Shown here piece by piece: positions 18,877 to 27,315 of a DNA stretch of 64,000 nt. Under the pieces are notes generated by a model. The model ran no database searches. It was not told the origin of the DNA and saw only the letters and a program-made list of their open reading frames with translations. A program made the position numbers and the translations under genes. The stretch comes from Gemmatimonas sp. (GTDB lineage: Bacteria > Gemmatimonadota > Gemmatimonadetes > Gemmatimonadales > Gemmatimonadaceae): positions 1,920,001 through 1,984,000 of the forward strand of contig OZ257156.1 in the NCBI GenBank assembly GCA_965279375.1, read 5' to 3'. Every line of letters starts with the position of its first letter. Within the stretch, counting starts at the first letter, position 1.

Positions 18877-19362
18877 ATGGTGGAGTTCGACGCGCTGCCC
18901 GACGCGGCGCGCGTGTGGGTGTTCGGCGCGGCCGCGCCGGTGGAAGGCGCGGCCCGCGAAGTGTTGTTGCAGGCGGTGGATGCTCACCTGAGCCAGTGGC
19001 GCGCGCACGGTGCGCCGCTGGTGTGCGCACGTACGTTGCGCGACGATCGTTTTCTCGCGGTTGCAGTGGACGAAGCCGCGACGGGTGCGACGGGCTGCTC
19101 GATCGACGGCATGTTTCGCGTGCTGACCTCGATCGAGCGGGAGATCAACACCACGCTCGTTGGTGGTGGCACGGTGTTCTGGCGTGCGGCCGATGGAGCA
19201 GTACAGGCAGCGCCGCGCAGTGCATTCGTGGCGGCAGCGCAGTCGGGTCAGCTGACGCCGGAGACGTCGGTGTTCGATACAACGGTGAGTACCGTGGGCG
19301 ACTGGCGCGCGCGCTTCGAGCGGCGTGCTGCCGACTCGTGGCACGGGAAGCTGATCAAGTAG
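18877..19362 (+). CDS. Conserved hypothetical protein (GCSID-motif family)
   Basis: LPDAARVWVF, WRAHGAPL, ATGCSID and TSVFDTTV motifs. Starts 7 nt after the SPFH stop. Confidence 0.8.
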   Translation: MVEFDALPDAARVWVFGAAAPVEGAAREVLLQAVDAHLSQWRAHGAPLVCARTLRDDRFLAVAVDEAATGATGCSIDGMFRVLTSIEREINTTLVGGGTVFWRAADGAVQAAPRSAFVAAAQSGQLTPETSVFDTTVSTVGDWRARFERRAADSWHGKLIK

Positions 19363-19401
19363 CGATCACGCGATACGCGATACGCGATACGCGATCACGC
19401 G
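19362..19401. repeat. 7/8-bp tandem repeat between convergent genes
   Basis: GCGATCAC (GCGATAC)x3 GCGATCAC GCG. Confidence 0.85.
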
Positions 19402-19412
19402 GTGCAATCGCG

Positions 19413-20489
19413 CTATCGCAGCCAGTCGTCGAGATGCGCCTGCACGAACGCGTTATCGTGCAGGTCGGGGAAACGGTCGATGACGCGCGTGAGCGCATCG
19501 CTCTGCCCCGGTGACAGCAGCTCGTGCGTGTCGAAGGTCCACGAGCCTTTCACCAGCCCCTGCCGACGCAACACGTCGAGAATGCCGGGGAGGCAACCGG
19601 TGTAGCCGTTGGCCGCGTCGAAGATCAGCGCGTTGGCCATCGTGAGGGCTGCACCGCGCGTGAGCCATTCGCAGGGCACGTTGGCATCCCCGCGTGCGTG
19701 CCATGCGCGAATATCGTTGAGCCACTGCACTGCGCTGTGCGTCCACACCGCCCACTGCCCCAGCAGTCCGCCCACGAAGTGGCGCGTGCCGGTACGGCCG
19801 CCCGTTTGCACGGGAATGCGCGTGACGAGATCGGGGATGATCGCGTCGTCGTTGCCGGTGTACAGCGCGATGTCGTCTCGGCCGGCGTCGGCAATGGCGC
19901 GCACCACATCGAGCGTCGCATAGCGATCGAACGGCGCCACCTTGATCGCCACGACATTCGCGATCTCGGCGAACTCGCGCCAAAAGCTGTACGACAAGCG
20001 GCGCCCGCCGACCGCCGGCTGCAAGTAGAAGCCGAAGAGCGGAATGACATCGGCCACGTGTTTGCAGTGTGCGAGAATCGCCGCGTCGTCCGCATCGCGC
20101 CACGCGCCCAGCGACAGCAGACCGCAGTGGTAACCAAGCGCACGTGCGATGCCGGCTTCCTTGATGGCGTTGGCGGTATCACCAACGAGGCCGGCCACGC
20201 GCACGAAATCGCGCGGTGCGACGGCGAGCGATTCACTCGCCGTTTCGGCGGCGAGCTCCAACACCGGGCGATAGAGCCCGATCTTCGCGTCGTGAATGGG
20301 GAAGCCGGTCGTGTGCACACCAACGGCCATGCCGCCGGCGCCAGCAGCCAGGTAGTAGCGCGTGAGGGCGCGCTGATGGCGTTCGTCGACCGTGCGGCTG
20401 GGCGTGAGCGCGAGCGGATGCGCGGGGATGACGTGCCCGTGCGCGAGATGTTGTCGAACGTTAAACAGCGCGAGGTCAGAACTTGCCAT
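19413..20489 (-). CDS. Dihydrodipicolinate synthase/N-acetylneuraminate lyase family aldolase
   Basis: VIPAHPLAL, AVGVHTTGF, FGFYLQPAVGG, a Schiff-base Lys in AIKVAPF, and LYTGNDD. Confidence 0.87.
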   Translation of the reverse strand: MASSDLALFNVRQHLAHGHVIPAHPLALTPSRTVDERHQRALTRYYLAAGAGGMAVGVHTTGFPIHDAKIGLYRPVLELAAETASESLAVAPRDFVRVAGLVGDTANAIKEAGIARALGYHCGLLSLGAWRDADDAAILAHCKHVADVIPLFGFYLQPAVGGRRLSYSFWREFAEIANVVAIKVAPFDRYATLDVVRAIADAGRDDIALYTGNDDAIIPDLVTRIPVQTGGRTGTRHFVGGLLGQWAVWTHSAVQWLNDIRAWHARGDANVPCEWLTRGAALTMANALIFDAANGYTGCLPGILDVLRRQGLVKGSWTFDTHELLSPGQSDALTRVIDRFPDLHDNAFVQAHLDDWLR

Positions 20490-21501
20490 CGCGTACCTCG
20501 AAGCTGGTGGGCTTGTTGAGCAGTCGTCCGTTGCTCTGGATCCACTCCACGGCCCACGCACACAGCCGCTCCAATGGCAACGCGTCGTACGGCAGCGTGG
20601 CGCTCAGCGCGTCAGTGTTGGCCAGCAGCGCATCGGGCGCATCCTCCCCCACAAACGTCGGCGACACACCAGCGAGCTTGCCCACCCGCTCGGCGATTTC
20701 CACCACCGGCACGATCGGTCCAGTCACGTTGAGTGCAACCGCCGGCGACGAGGCGGCACCCAGTGCACGCAAGGCGAGTCGATTGGCGTCGCCCTGCCAG
20801 ATCACGTTCACGTGACTCATCGCGCGCGCGATCGGGATACCATGCAGCACCTTGAGCGCGATGTCGGTGACCACGCCGTAGCGCAGATCGCAGGCGTAGA
20901 ACAGGCGATAGAGCAACAGCGGTGAGTTTGTGCGACGGGCGACGGAGCTGAAGACGCGCTCGCGCCCCACGCACGATGCCGCGTAATCACCGTCGGGTGC
21001 CAACGTATCCGTCTCGCGAGAACCGCCCGCGACGAGCGGCGTGCGCGCATACACGTTGCCTGTGGAGAAGCAGACGATGCGGGCGCCCTGATACCGCTCC
21101 GCGGCATGCACCGATGTCACGACGTTCTGCGTCCACGTGCCGACGGGATCACCCGTCGTGCCGAACTTCTGTCCGGCCATCCACAGCACGTTGGGCGCGA
21201 ATGGCAACGAAGCGACCTGCGCGGGATCGGACAGATCGGCTCGCACGATGGTGATGCCCTCGGCCGAGAGCTGCTGCGCAACGGCCTCATTGCTGAAGCG
21301 AGAGACGGCGATGACGCGACGCGACGTGTGCGCGAGCGCGCGGCGCGCCATGCGTGCGACTGTGGGGCCCATCTTCCCACCGGCGCCCAAGACGATCACG
21401 TCGCCGTCGAGTGCGGCGAGCGCAGCGACGGTCGCCTCGTCCGGAGCGGAGAGGCGATCGTCGAGCGCGGATTCGTCAGCTGGCGCTGCTGACGACGCCA
21501 T
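20476..21501 (-). CDS. NAD-dependent epimerase/dehydratase
   Basis: VLGAGGKMG Rossmann motif, AGQKFGT, FSTGNVY, YAASCVGRER and LRYGV. Confidence 0.87.
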   Translation of the reverse strand: MASSAAPADESALDDRLSAPDEATVAALAALDGDVIVLGAGGKMGPTVARMARRALAHTSRRVIAVSRFSNEAVAQQLSAEGITIVRADLSDPAQVASLPFAPNVLWMAGQKFGTTGDPVGTWTQNVVTSVHAAERYQGARIVCFSTGNVYARTPLVAGGSRETDTLAPDGDYAASCVGRERVFSSVARRTNSPLLLYRLFYACDLRYGVVTDIALKVLHGIPIARAMSHVNVIWQGDANRLALRALGAASSPAVALNVTGPIVPVVEIAERVGKLAGVSPTFVGEDAPDALLANTDALSATLPYDALPLERLCAWAVEWIQSNGRLLNKPTSFEVRDGKF

Positions 21502-22246
21502 CGGGGAGAATGCCCAACTCGGCAGCGAGTGCGCGTCGTCCTTCCTCGATGCGATCACGCACACGCTGCTTGAGTGCCTGCAGGTCGGCGAGCGTGAGGT
21601 CTTTCGTTTCGATCGGCTCGAGCGCCTGGGCGAGCGCGCGCGCCGGCTGGAACTGGAACGTGCCCTTGGCCATCGCGCTGCGCGTGCCGGCAACGGCGAT
21701 GGGGAGAATCGGGGCGCCGGCTTCGATGGCCAGACGGAACGCGCCGTCCTTGAACGGCAGCATTTCCCAGTCGCGCGAACGCGTGCCTTCCGGGAAGATC
21801 ATGATCGAGACCTTCTTGGATAGCCGATCGCGACACTGCTTGATCGCGTCGATCGCCGATTCACGCTTGCCGCGAATGAGCTTGATGTCGCCGGCCATGT
21901 GCATCATCCAGCCCATGCACGGGATCTTGAACATCGTGTCCTTGCTCAGCCACTTCATCTCCCACGGGAAGCAGCTGATGAGGAAGATGTCGGCGTACGA
22001 CTCGTGGTTGGCGACCACGACGTACGGGCGGCGCGGATCGGCGAGGGTGCCCCGCGTGCGGAACCGCCACAGGCCGTTGAGGCGCATCGCCGTCACCCCG
22101 ACGATGCGAAACGCGCGCCCTGCGGCGTAGCGTCCCGGATCGAAGGGGGCGGTGAAGGCATAGATGGCCGCGACGATGGGCGTGCCGATGATGACCACCA
22201 GCACCGTCTCCGTCCACGCCCACGCGTTCAGCAGCCAGCGGAACAT
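21476..22246 (-). CDS. plsC: 1-acyl-sn-glycerol-3-phosphate acyltransferase
   Basis: NHESYAD (NHxSxxD) and FPEGTRS motifs. Confidence 0.88.
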   Translation of the reverse strand: MFRWLLNAWAWTETVLVVIIGTPIVAAIYAFTAPFDPGRYAAGRAFRIVGVTAMRLNGLWRFRTRGTLADPRRPYVVVANHESYADIFLISCFPWEMKWLSKDTMFKIPCMGWMMHMAGDIKLIRGKRESAIDAIKQCRDRLSKKVSIMIFPEGTRSRDWEMLPFKDGAFRLAIEAGAPILPIAVAGTRSAMAKGTFQFQPARALAQALEPIETKDLTLADLQALKQRVRDRIEEGRRALAAELGILPDGVVSSAS

Positions 22247-22488
22247 CAGACGACCGGCGCGTCCGCGGGGGCAGCCGGCTCCACGGGATCGATGAAGCCC
22301 GCGGCCTTGTGCGAACCATCGCAGAACGGCTTGACGGCCGAATGGCCGCAGCGGCAGAGCGACATCGGACGCCCTTCGGCGCGCGGCGGGATGACGGCAC
22401 CGGTGTGGTCGAGAAGCTGAATCTGCGCGGCGTCTTCGGCGGAAATCCCGAGCGAACCGTTCTTGCGGACTGTGATCGTAATGGGCAT
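22246..22488 (-). CDS. CDGSH iron-sulfur domain protein
   Basis: LCRCGHSAVKPFCDGSH. Confidence 0.93.
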   Translation of the reverse strand: MPITITVRKNGSLGISAEDAAQIQLLDHTGAVIPPRAEGRPMSLCRCGHSAVKPFCDGSHKAAGFIDPVEPAAPADAPVV

Positions 22489-22531
22489 GCAGGAATTCTT
22501 GTAGAAAGGGGGAGAGACCGACGCGGTCGCG

Positions 22532-22984
22532 TCAGCTCTCGATATGACTGGCGAATTGGCGGAGCCGTGCGACCATGGCGGCCAACCCGGCCTCCCGTGC
22601 GCCCAGCCCGATGTCCTGCATGAGCGTGCGCACGAAGTCCGACGGGAGGGCCAGCGTCACTGCGGGCGGTTGGTCGTTGACCGCAGCAAAGGTAATGGCC
22701 AGCACGGCCGCGACCGTCGGGGACTGCCGGGCATTCACGTCGGCGTAGAAGTGGAGCGTCCCGTCGGGATTCCGATCCGGGAACAGATCCACCCGGGTCT
22801 GGCACTCCGGGACGGTGAAAGCGGCACGATCGAGCGCGGCGAAGCGCTCGGGGAGGGGCTCGAGCTTTTTTGACCAGGCCAGCAGCGCCTGCATCTTGTC
22901 CTCGCGGCCCAGCATCCGGAATTGGCGCAGGGTGCGCGCCAGCGTCGGGGGCAGTTCTGTGTCCGGGGCGGAAGGATCAGGCAT
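22532..22984 (-). CDS. sufE: SufE-family sulfur acceptor
   Basis: REDKMQALL...KLEPLP, VPECQTRV with the active Cys, and REAGLAAMVAR. The real start is ATG 22984, not the 23776 start of the long ORF. Confidence 0.85.
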   Translation of the reverse strand: MPDPSAPDTELPPTLARTLRQFRMLGREDKMQALLAWSKKLEPLPERFAALDRAAFTVPECQTRVDLFPDRNPDGTLHFYADVNARQSPTVAAVLAITFAAVNDQPPAVTLALPSDFVRTLMQDIGLGAREAGLAAMVARLRQFASHIES

Positions 22985-23084
22985 GGGCGAAGAGAACGCG
23001 GCGCGCGGCGGTGGGTCAAGCGCACTGATTGACGCGTCGGGGTCCTTTCGGGAGCTTTCGGCTTCCCCACTTCCTGACGCTCCG

Positions 23085-24059
23085 ATGCGACGTACTACCG
23101 AACGGGTGCTGCTCTCTGTGCTGCCAACGTCGGCTTGGCTGCTCTGTTCTGCCTGTGGTGCGCGCGAGGTGCCCGACCGAGCGGTGGGTACGCTCGAGAT
23201 GGTCGAACTAGACATCGGACCGTTGCAGCCCGCCCGTGCGCTTCGTGTGCTGGTGCGCGAAGGCGACGCGGTGCAGGCGGGGGACACGCTGGCGGTGTTC
23301 GTGGTGCCCAATCTCGCCGCGACGGAGCAGCAGGCCGACGCGCGTGTCGTGGCAGCACAGCAGTCCGCGCGCGAACTGTCGAGCGGTGCACGAGCGCCGG
23401 AGCTGGCGCGGGCGGAAGCGGAGCTGCGCGCCGCGGAGTCAGACGCCACGCGCGCCGCTGTGGACCTGTCTCGCATCGAGCCGTTGGCCGCAAACGGTGA
23501 CGTGAGTAAGGCGACGCTGGACGCCGCAGTCGCAACGGCGCGCTCCACTGCGGCTCGGCGCGATGCAGCACGGGCCAACGCGGCGCTGGTCCGCGAAGGC
23601 GCGAGAGTCGAGCGCCGGCAAGTGGCGGCCGCCGACGTGCGCGGCGCGCAGGCAGCGAGTGCGGCGCTTCGGGCCACGGCCAACGATCTCGTGCTGCTGG
23701 CACCAACGGCCGGTGTGGTGGTCAGTCGCAACGCCGAACCGGGTGAAGTTCTGGCGGCCGGGCAGAGCGCGATCACGCTCGCGCAGCCGGACCGTCCGTG
23801 GGCCCGTATCTACGTCTCGCAGTTCGCGCTGCAGGGCATCAAGGTCGGCGACACACTGTCGGCCACGCTCGATCGCGACTCCACCGTCTTTCGCGGTCGC
23901 GTGGTGGCCGTGGCGAGCAAGGCCGAGTTCACACCGCGTGTCGCGCTCACCGATCAGGAGCGCGAGGATCTGCTCTTTGGGGTGAAGCTCGAGTTCGTTG
24001 GTGCTGACAGCCGATTGAAGGCGGGGCTGCCGATCACGGTGATGCTGCCACGCAAGTGA
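23085..24059 (+). CDS. HlyD/YbhG-family membrane fusion lipoprotein
   Basis: Lipobox-like CSAC, lipoyl half VLVREGDAVQAGD, a coiled hairpin and KAEFTPR. Confidence 0.9.
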   Translation: MRRTTERVLLSVLPTSAWLLCSACGAREVPDRAVGTLEMVELDIGPLQPARALRVLVREGDAVQAGDTLAVFVVPNLAATEQQADARVVAAQQSARELSSGARAPELARAEAELRAAESDATRAAVDLSRIEPLAANGDVSKATLDAAVATARSTAARRDAARANAALVREGARVERRQVAAADVRGAQAASAALRATANDLVLLAPTAGVVVSRNAEPGEVLAAGQSAITLAQPDRPWARIYVSQFALQGIKVGDTLSATLDRDSTVFRGRVVAVASKAEFTPRVALTDQEREDLLFGVKLEFVGADSRLKAGLPITVMLPRK

Positions 24060-24817
24060 TGGCAAGAGTGATGTCGCCGCCGGTGGTGCACACCGTTGCG
24101 CTGCGCAAAGAGTTCGGCGCGTTGGTGGCAGTAGACGGTCTCGACCTCGACATCGAGCGCGGCGAAGTCTTTGGATTGCTCGGCCCCAACGGCTCGGGCA
24201 AGACGACCTGCATTCGCATGCTGTGCGGGCTGGTCGAGCCAACGAGTGGCATGGCGACGGTGGCCGGATTCGACGTGCATACGCAAACGGAGCAGGTGCG
24301 ACGACGCATCGGCTACATGTCGCAGCGATACGGCTTGTACGACGAGCTGACTGTCGCCGAGAACCTGCGGTTTTATGCGTCGGTGTACGGGCTGGTGGGC
24401 GCGGAGCGCGATGCGCGTCTCAAGGAGCACGTTGCGGACCTCGGCTTGGGCGAGCGTCTCGGGCAGGTAGCCGGAACGCTGAGCGGTGGCTGGAAGCAGC
24501 GGCTCGCGTTGGCGTGCGCCACGGCGCATCGCCCAGATCTGGTGTTTCTCGATGAGCCGACGGCGGGCGTCGATCCCGCTGCGCGGCGCACGTTCTGGGA
24601 AACGATTTACGCGTTGGCCAAACGCGGCACCACGATTCTGGTGACGACGCACTACATGGACGAGGCGGAACGATGTCAGCGGCTCGCGTTTCTTTCACGC
24701 GGCCATCTCATCGCGCTCGGAACACCCGTCGAGATCGTGCAGCAGTTTGGCGCGACGAGTGTGGAGGACGTCTTCATCCAGCTGCAACAGCGCGATGAGG
24801 CGGCGGCGCGCGCATGA
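24056..24817 (+). CDS. ABC transporter ATP-binding protein
   Basis: GPNGSGKT, LSGGWKQR, FLDEPT and TTHYMDEAE. Confidence 0.95.
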   Translation: MMARVMSPPVVHTVALRKEFGALVAVDGLDLDIERGEVFGLLGPNGSGKTTCIRMLCGLVEPTSGMATVAGFDVHTQTEQVRRRIGYMSQRYGLYDELTVAENLRFYASVYGLVGAERDARLKEHVADLGLGERLGQVAGTLSGGWKQRLALACATAHRPDLVFLDEPTAGVDPAARRTFWETIYALAKRGTTILVTTHYMDEAERCQRLAFLSRGHLIALGTPVEIVQQFGATSVEDVFIQLQQRDEAAARA

Positions 24818-25986
24818 ACGCGTCGCGCGTTGACGCGCCGAACGATCGCTCTGCAACGGGGCTGATGCAGCGGCTGCGCTTGTGGACCGTCTGGCCGATG
24901 CTCTGGAAAGAGTTCATCACGCTCAGACGCGATCGACTGACGTTTGCGCTGATGACCGGATTGCCAGCGATCCAGCTGCTGCTGTTTGGTTACGCGATCC
25001 AGACTGATGTACGACGACTGCCAACGGTCGTGCTCGACGAGTCGCGCACGGCCGAGAGTCGTGCGCTGATACAGGTGGTCCAGAACACCGACAACTTTCG
25101 CATCATCGCATCGGTGAACGATCGTGCAAGCGCGAAACGGTGGATCGAACGCGGGGCCGCGCGCGTGGCCCTGGTCATCCCACCCGACTATCAGCGCGAT
25201 ATCAAGCGAGGGCGTACCGGAGAGGCGCAGCTGCTGATCGATGCGGCCGACCCGCAGTCTTCTGGTGCGGCGATTGCTGGCGCCCAGCTCGCCGCTCAGG
25301 CGCGTGGTGCGCAGCTGCTTGCCACACGCACCGCGCTGGCCGTGCCGGTGACCATTCGCGTGCGCCCGTGGTACAACGCGTCGCAGAAGAGCGCGACGTT
25401 CATCGTGCCGGGAATCGTCGGAATTCTGCTGACCATCACGATGACACTGATCACGAGCACCGCGATCGTGCGTGAACGCGAGCGCGGCACACTCGAACAG
25501 CTGATCGTCACGCCGATCGGCAAGACCTCACTCATGCTCGGCAAGCTCGTGCCGTTCATTCTGGTGGGCTATGTGCAGATGTCTGTCGTGCTGGCGCTCG
25601 GCCGCATCTTCTTTCAGATCCCGATCGAAGGCAGCCTCGTTCTGTTGTATTCACTGGCGATGGTGTTCATCATCGCCAGTCTCGGGGTGGGGCTGCTGAT
25701 CTCCACCGTCGCGCGCAGTCAGGTGCAGGCGATGCAGCTGAGCTTCTTCTTCATGCTGCCCAACATTCTGCTGTCGGGCTACATCTTTCCGCGTGCGGCG
25801 ATGCCGGTGCCGGCGCAGTACATGGGCGCGTTGTTGCCGCTCACGTGGTTTCTCGAAATCCTGCGCGGTGTGCTGCTCAAGGGCGTCGGTATCGGTGACC
25901 TCTGGGCGGAGCTTGGTGCACTGATGCTCTTCGCGGTGCTGCTGCTGGCCTTCAGCGTGCGACGGTTCAGCAAGACGTTGGATTGA
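24814..25986 (+). CDS. ABC-2 type permease (YbhR/YbhS-like)
   Basis: KEFITLRRD, QLLLFGYAI, IVRERERGTLEQLIVTP and several TM segments. Confidence 0.93.
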   Translation: MNASRVDAPNDRSATGLMQRLRLWTVWPMLWKEFITLRRDRLTFALMTGLPAIQLLLFGYAIQTDVRRLPTVVLDESRTAESRALIQVVQNTDNFRIIASVNDRASAKRWIERGAARVALVIPPDYQRDIKRGRTGEAQLLIDAADPQSSGAAIAGAQLAAQARGAQLLATRTALAVPVTIRVRPWYNASQKSATFIVPGIVGILLTITMTLITSTAIVRERERGTLEQLIVTPIGKTSLMLGKLVPFILVGYVQMSVVLALGRIFFQIPIEGSLVLLYSLAMVFIIASLGVGLLISTVARSQVQAMQLSFFFMLPNILLSGYIFPRAAMPVPAQYMGALLPLTWFLEILRGVLLKGVGIGDLWAELGALMLFAVLLLAFSVRRFSKTLD

Positions 25987-25990
25987 GAAT

Positions 25991-27082
25991 TCAGGGTGCG
26001 ACCAGCTCCGCGCTGAGCTCGGGGTAGTCCGTATAGCCCTTCGCACCCGGTGTGTAGAACGTGGTCATGTCCGGCGTATTCATCGGTGCATCGCTCTCCA
26101 TGCGCGCGACGAAATCCGGGTTGGCGATGACGGGCCGGCCGAACGCGACCAGGTCGGCCTCTCGGTTTGCCAATAGCGCTTCGGCTGATCCGTGATTGAG
26201 GCCTCCCGACGCGATGAACACACCGCCGAACGCGGCGCGCAACGCGTGCGTGAAGGGAACGGGAACCGTCGGCGCTCCCATCGAGGAGTGATCCACGAGA
26301 TGCAAGTACGACAGCCCCATCGCGCCGAGTGACGCGGCGAGTGCCATGTATTGCGCTTCCATGTCGGTGAAGGCGCCGGTCGCGTTGAAGACGCCAAATG
26401 GAGATAGACGAATGCCGACACGGTCCCCGCCGATGGCCGCCACCGTCGCGCGCGCCACTTCGAGCGCAAAGCGATTGCGGTGCTCGATCGAACCGCCGTA
26501 CCCGTCGCTCCGTGTGTTCACATTCGCGTTGAGAAACTGCTCGATCAAATAACCGTTCGCGGCATGCAGCTCGATGCCATCAAACCCCGCCTCCCTGGCG
26601 GACTTGGCGGCGTGAACGAACTCGGCGACAACCACAGCGATCTCGTCTTCCGAAAGGGCATGCGGAACGGTCGCGGGCTGGAGTCCGGCGGTGTCCGTGT
26701 AGATCGGATCCGGCAGCGGCGTGGCCGTGGGGCCGACCACGCGCGCACCGGCGGGCAGGTTGTCTACATGTGAAGCACGGCCGCAGTGCATGAACTGCAC
26801 GAAGATCGCGCCACCCTTGGCGTGTACCGCATCGGTCGTCAGGCGCCATGCCGCGATCTGGTCGGCGCTGTAGAGGCCGGGGATGCGCGCGTAGCCCAAG
26901 CCATCGGCGGAGGGCGAGGTGCCTTCGGTGATGATCAGCCCCATGGAGGCGCGCTGGGCGTAATACTCGGCCATCAGCGCGTTGGGGGTATGGTCGGCGT
27001 TTGCGCGATTGCGGGTCATGGGGGCCATGACGACACGATTGCGCAACGTGATTCCATGCAGGTCGAACGGCTCGAACAACAT
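25991..27082 (-). CDS. nemA: Alkene reductase (Old Yellow Enzyme, NemA-like)
   Basis: NRVVMAPMTRNRA, YYAQRAS, GFDGIELHAANGYL and FYTPGAKGYTDYP. Confidence 0.92.
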   Translation of the reverse strand: MLFEPFDLHGITLRNRVVMAPMTRNRANADHTPNALMAEYYAQRASMGLIITEGTSPSADGLGYARIPGLYSADQIAAWRLTTDAVHAKGGAIFVQFMHCGRASHVDNLPAGARVVGPTATPLPDPIYTDTAGLQPATVPHALSEDEIAVVVAEFVHAAKSAREAGFDGIELHAANGYLIEQFLNANVNTRSDGYGGSIEHRNRFALEVARATVAAIGGDRVGIRLSPFGVFNATGAFTDMEAQYMALAASLGAMGLSYLHLVDHSSMGAPTVPVPFTHALRAAFGGVFIASGGLNHGSAEALLANREADLVAFGRPVIANPDFVARMESDAPMNTPDMTTFYTPGAKGYTDYPELSAELVAP

Positions 27083-27211
27083 TGACGGACACTCCGGACG
27101 GATGAGATGACTCCACCGGCGGAGTCCGCCGAATGGCGGGAGTCCACGTGCTGCACAGCGGATACCTGCAGCTGTGCAAGTCGCGATCCGCAGCCGATGT
27201 GATAGCCGGTC

Positions 27212-27269
27212 GCGCGATGCAAGGCGCTATGCAAGGCGCTATGCAAGGCGCGATGCAAGGCGCTATGCA
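27212..27269. repeat. 12-bp tandem repeat, about 4.5 copies
   Basis: ATGCAAGGCGC(T/G) at 27217, 27229, 27241 and 27253, plus a partial copy at 27265. Confidence 0.92.
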
Positions 27270-27315
27270 GAGCGCGTCTCGCACGGCAGCGCGCCGACCG
27301 CGTATGTTCAGCCGT

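Noticed and set aside
22985..23776. N-terminal extension of the sufE ORF (414 aa) suggesting a fusion
   Set aside because: The extension is the antisense of the HlyD gene. SufE similarity begins at ATG 22984.
19362..27269. Short tandem repeats considered as CRISPR arrays
   Set aside because: Units are 7-13 bp, there are no unique spacers, and no cas genes are present.
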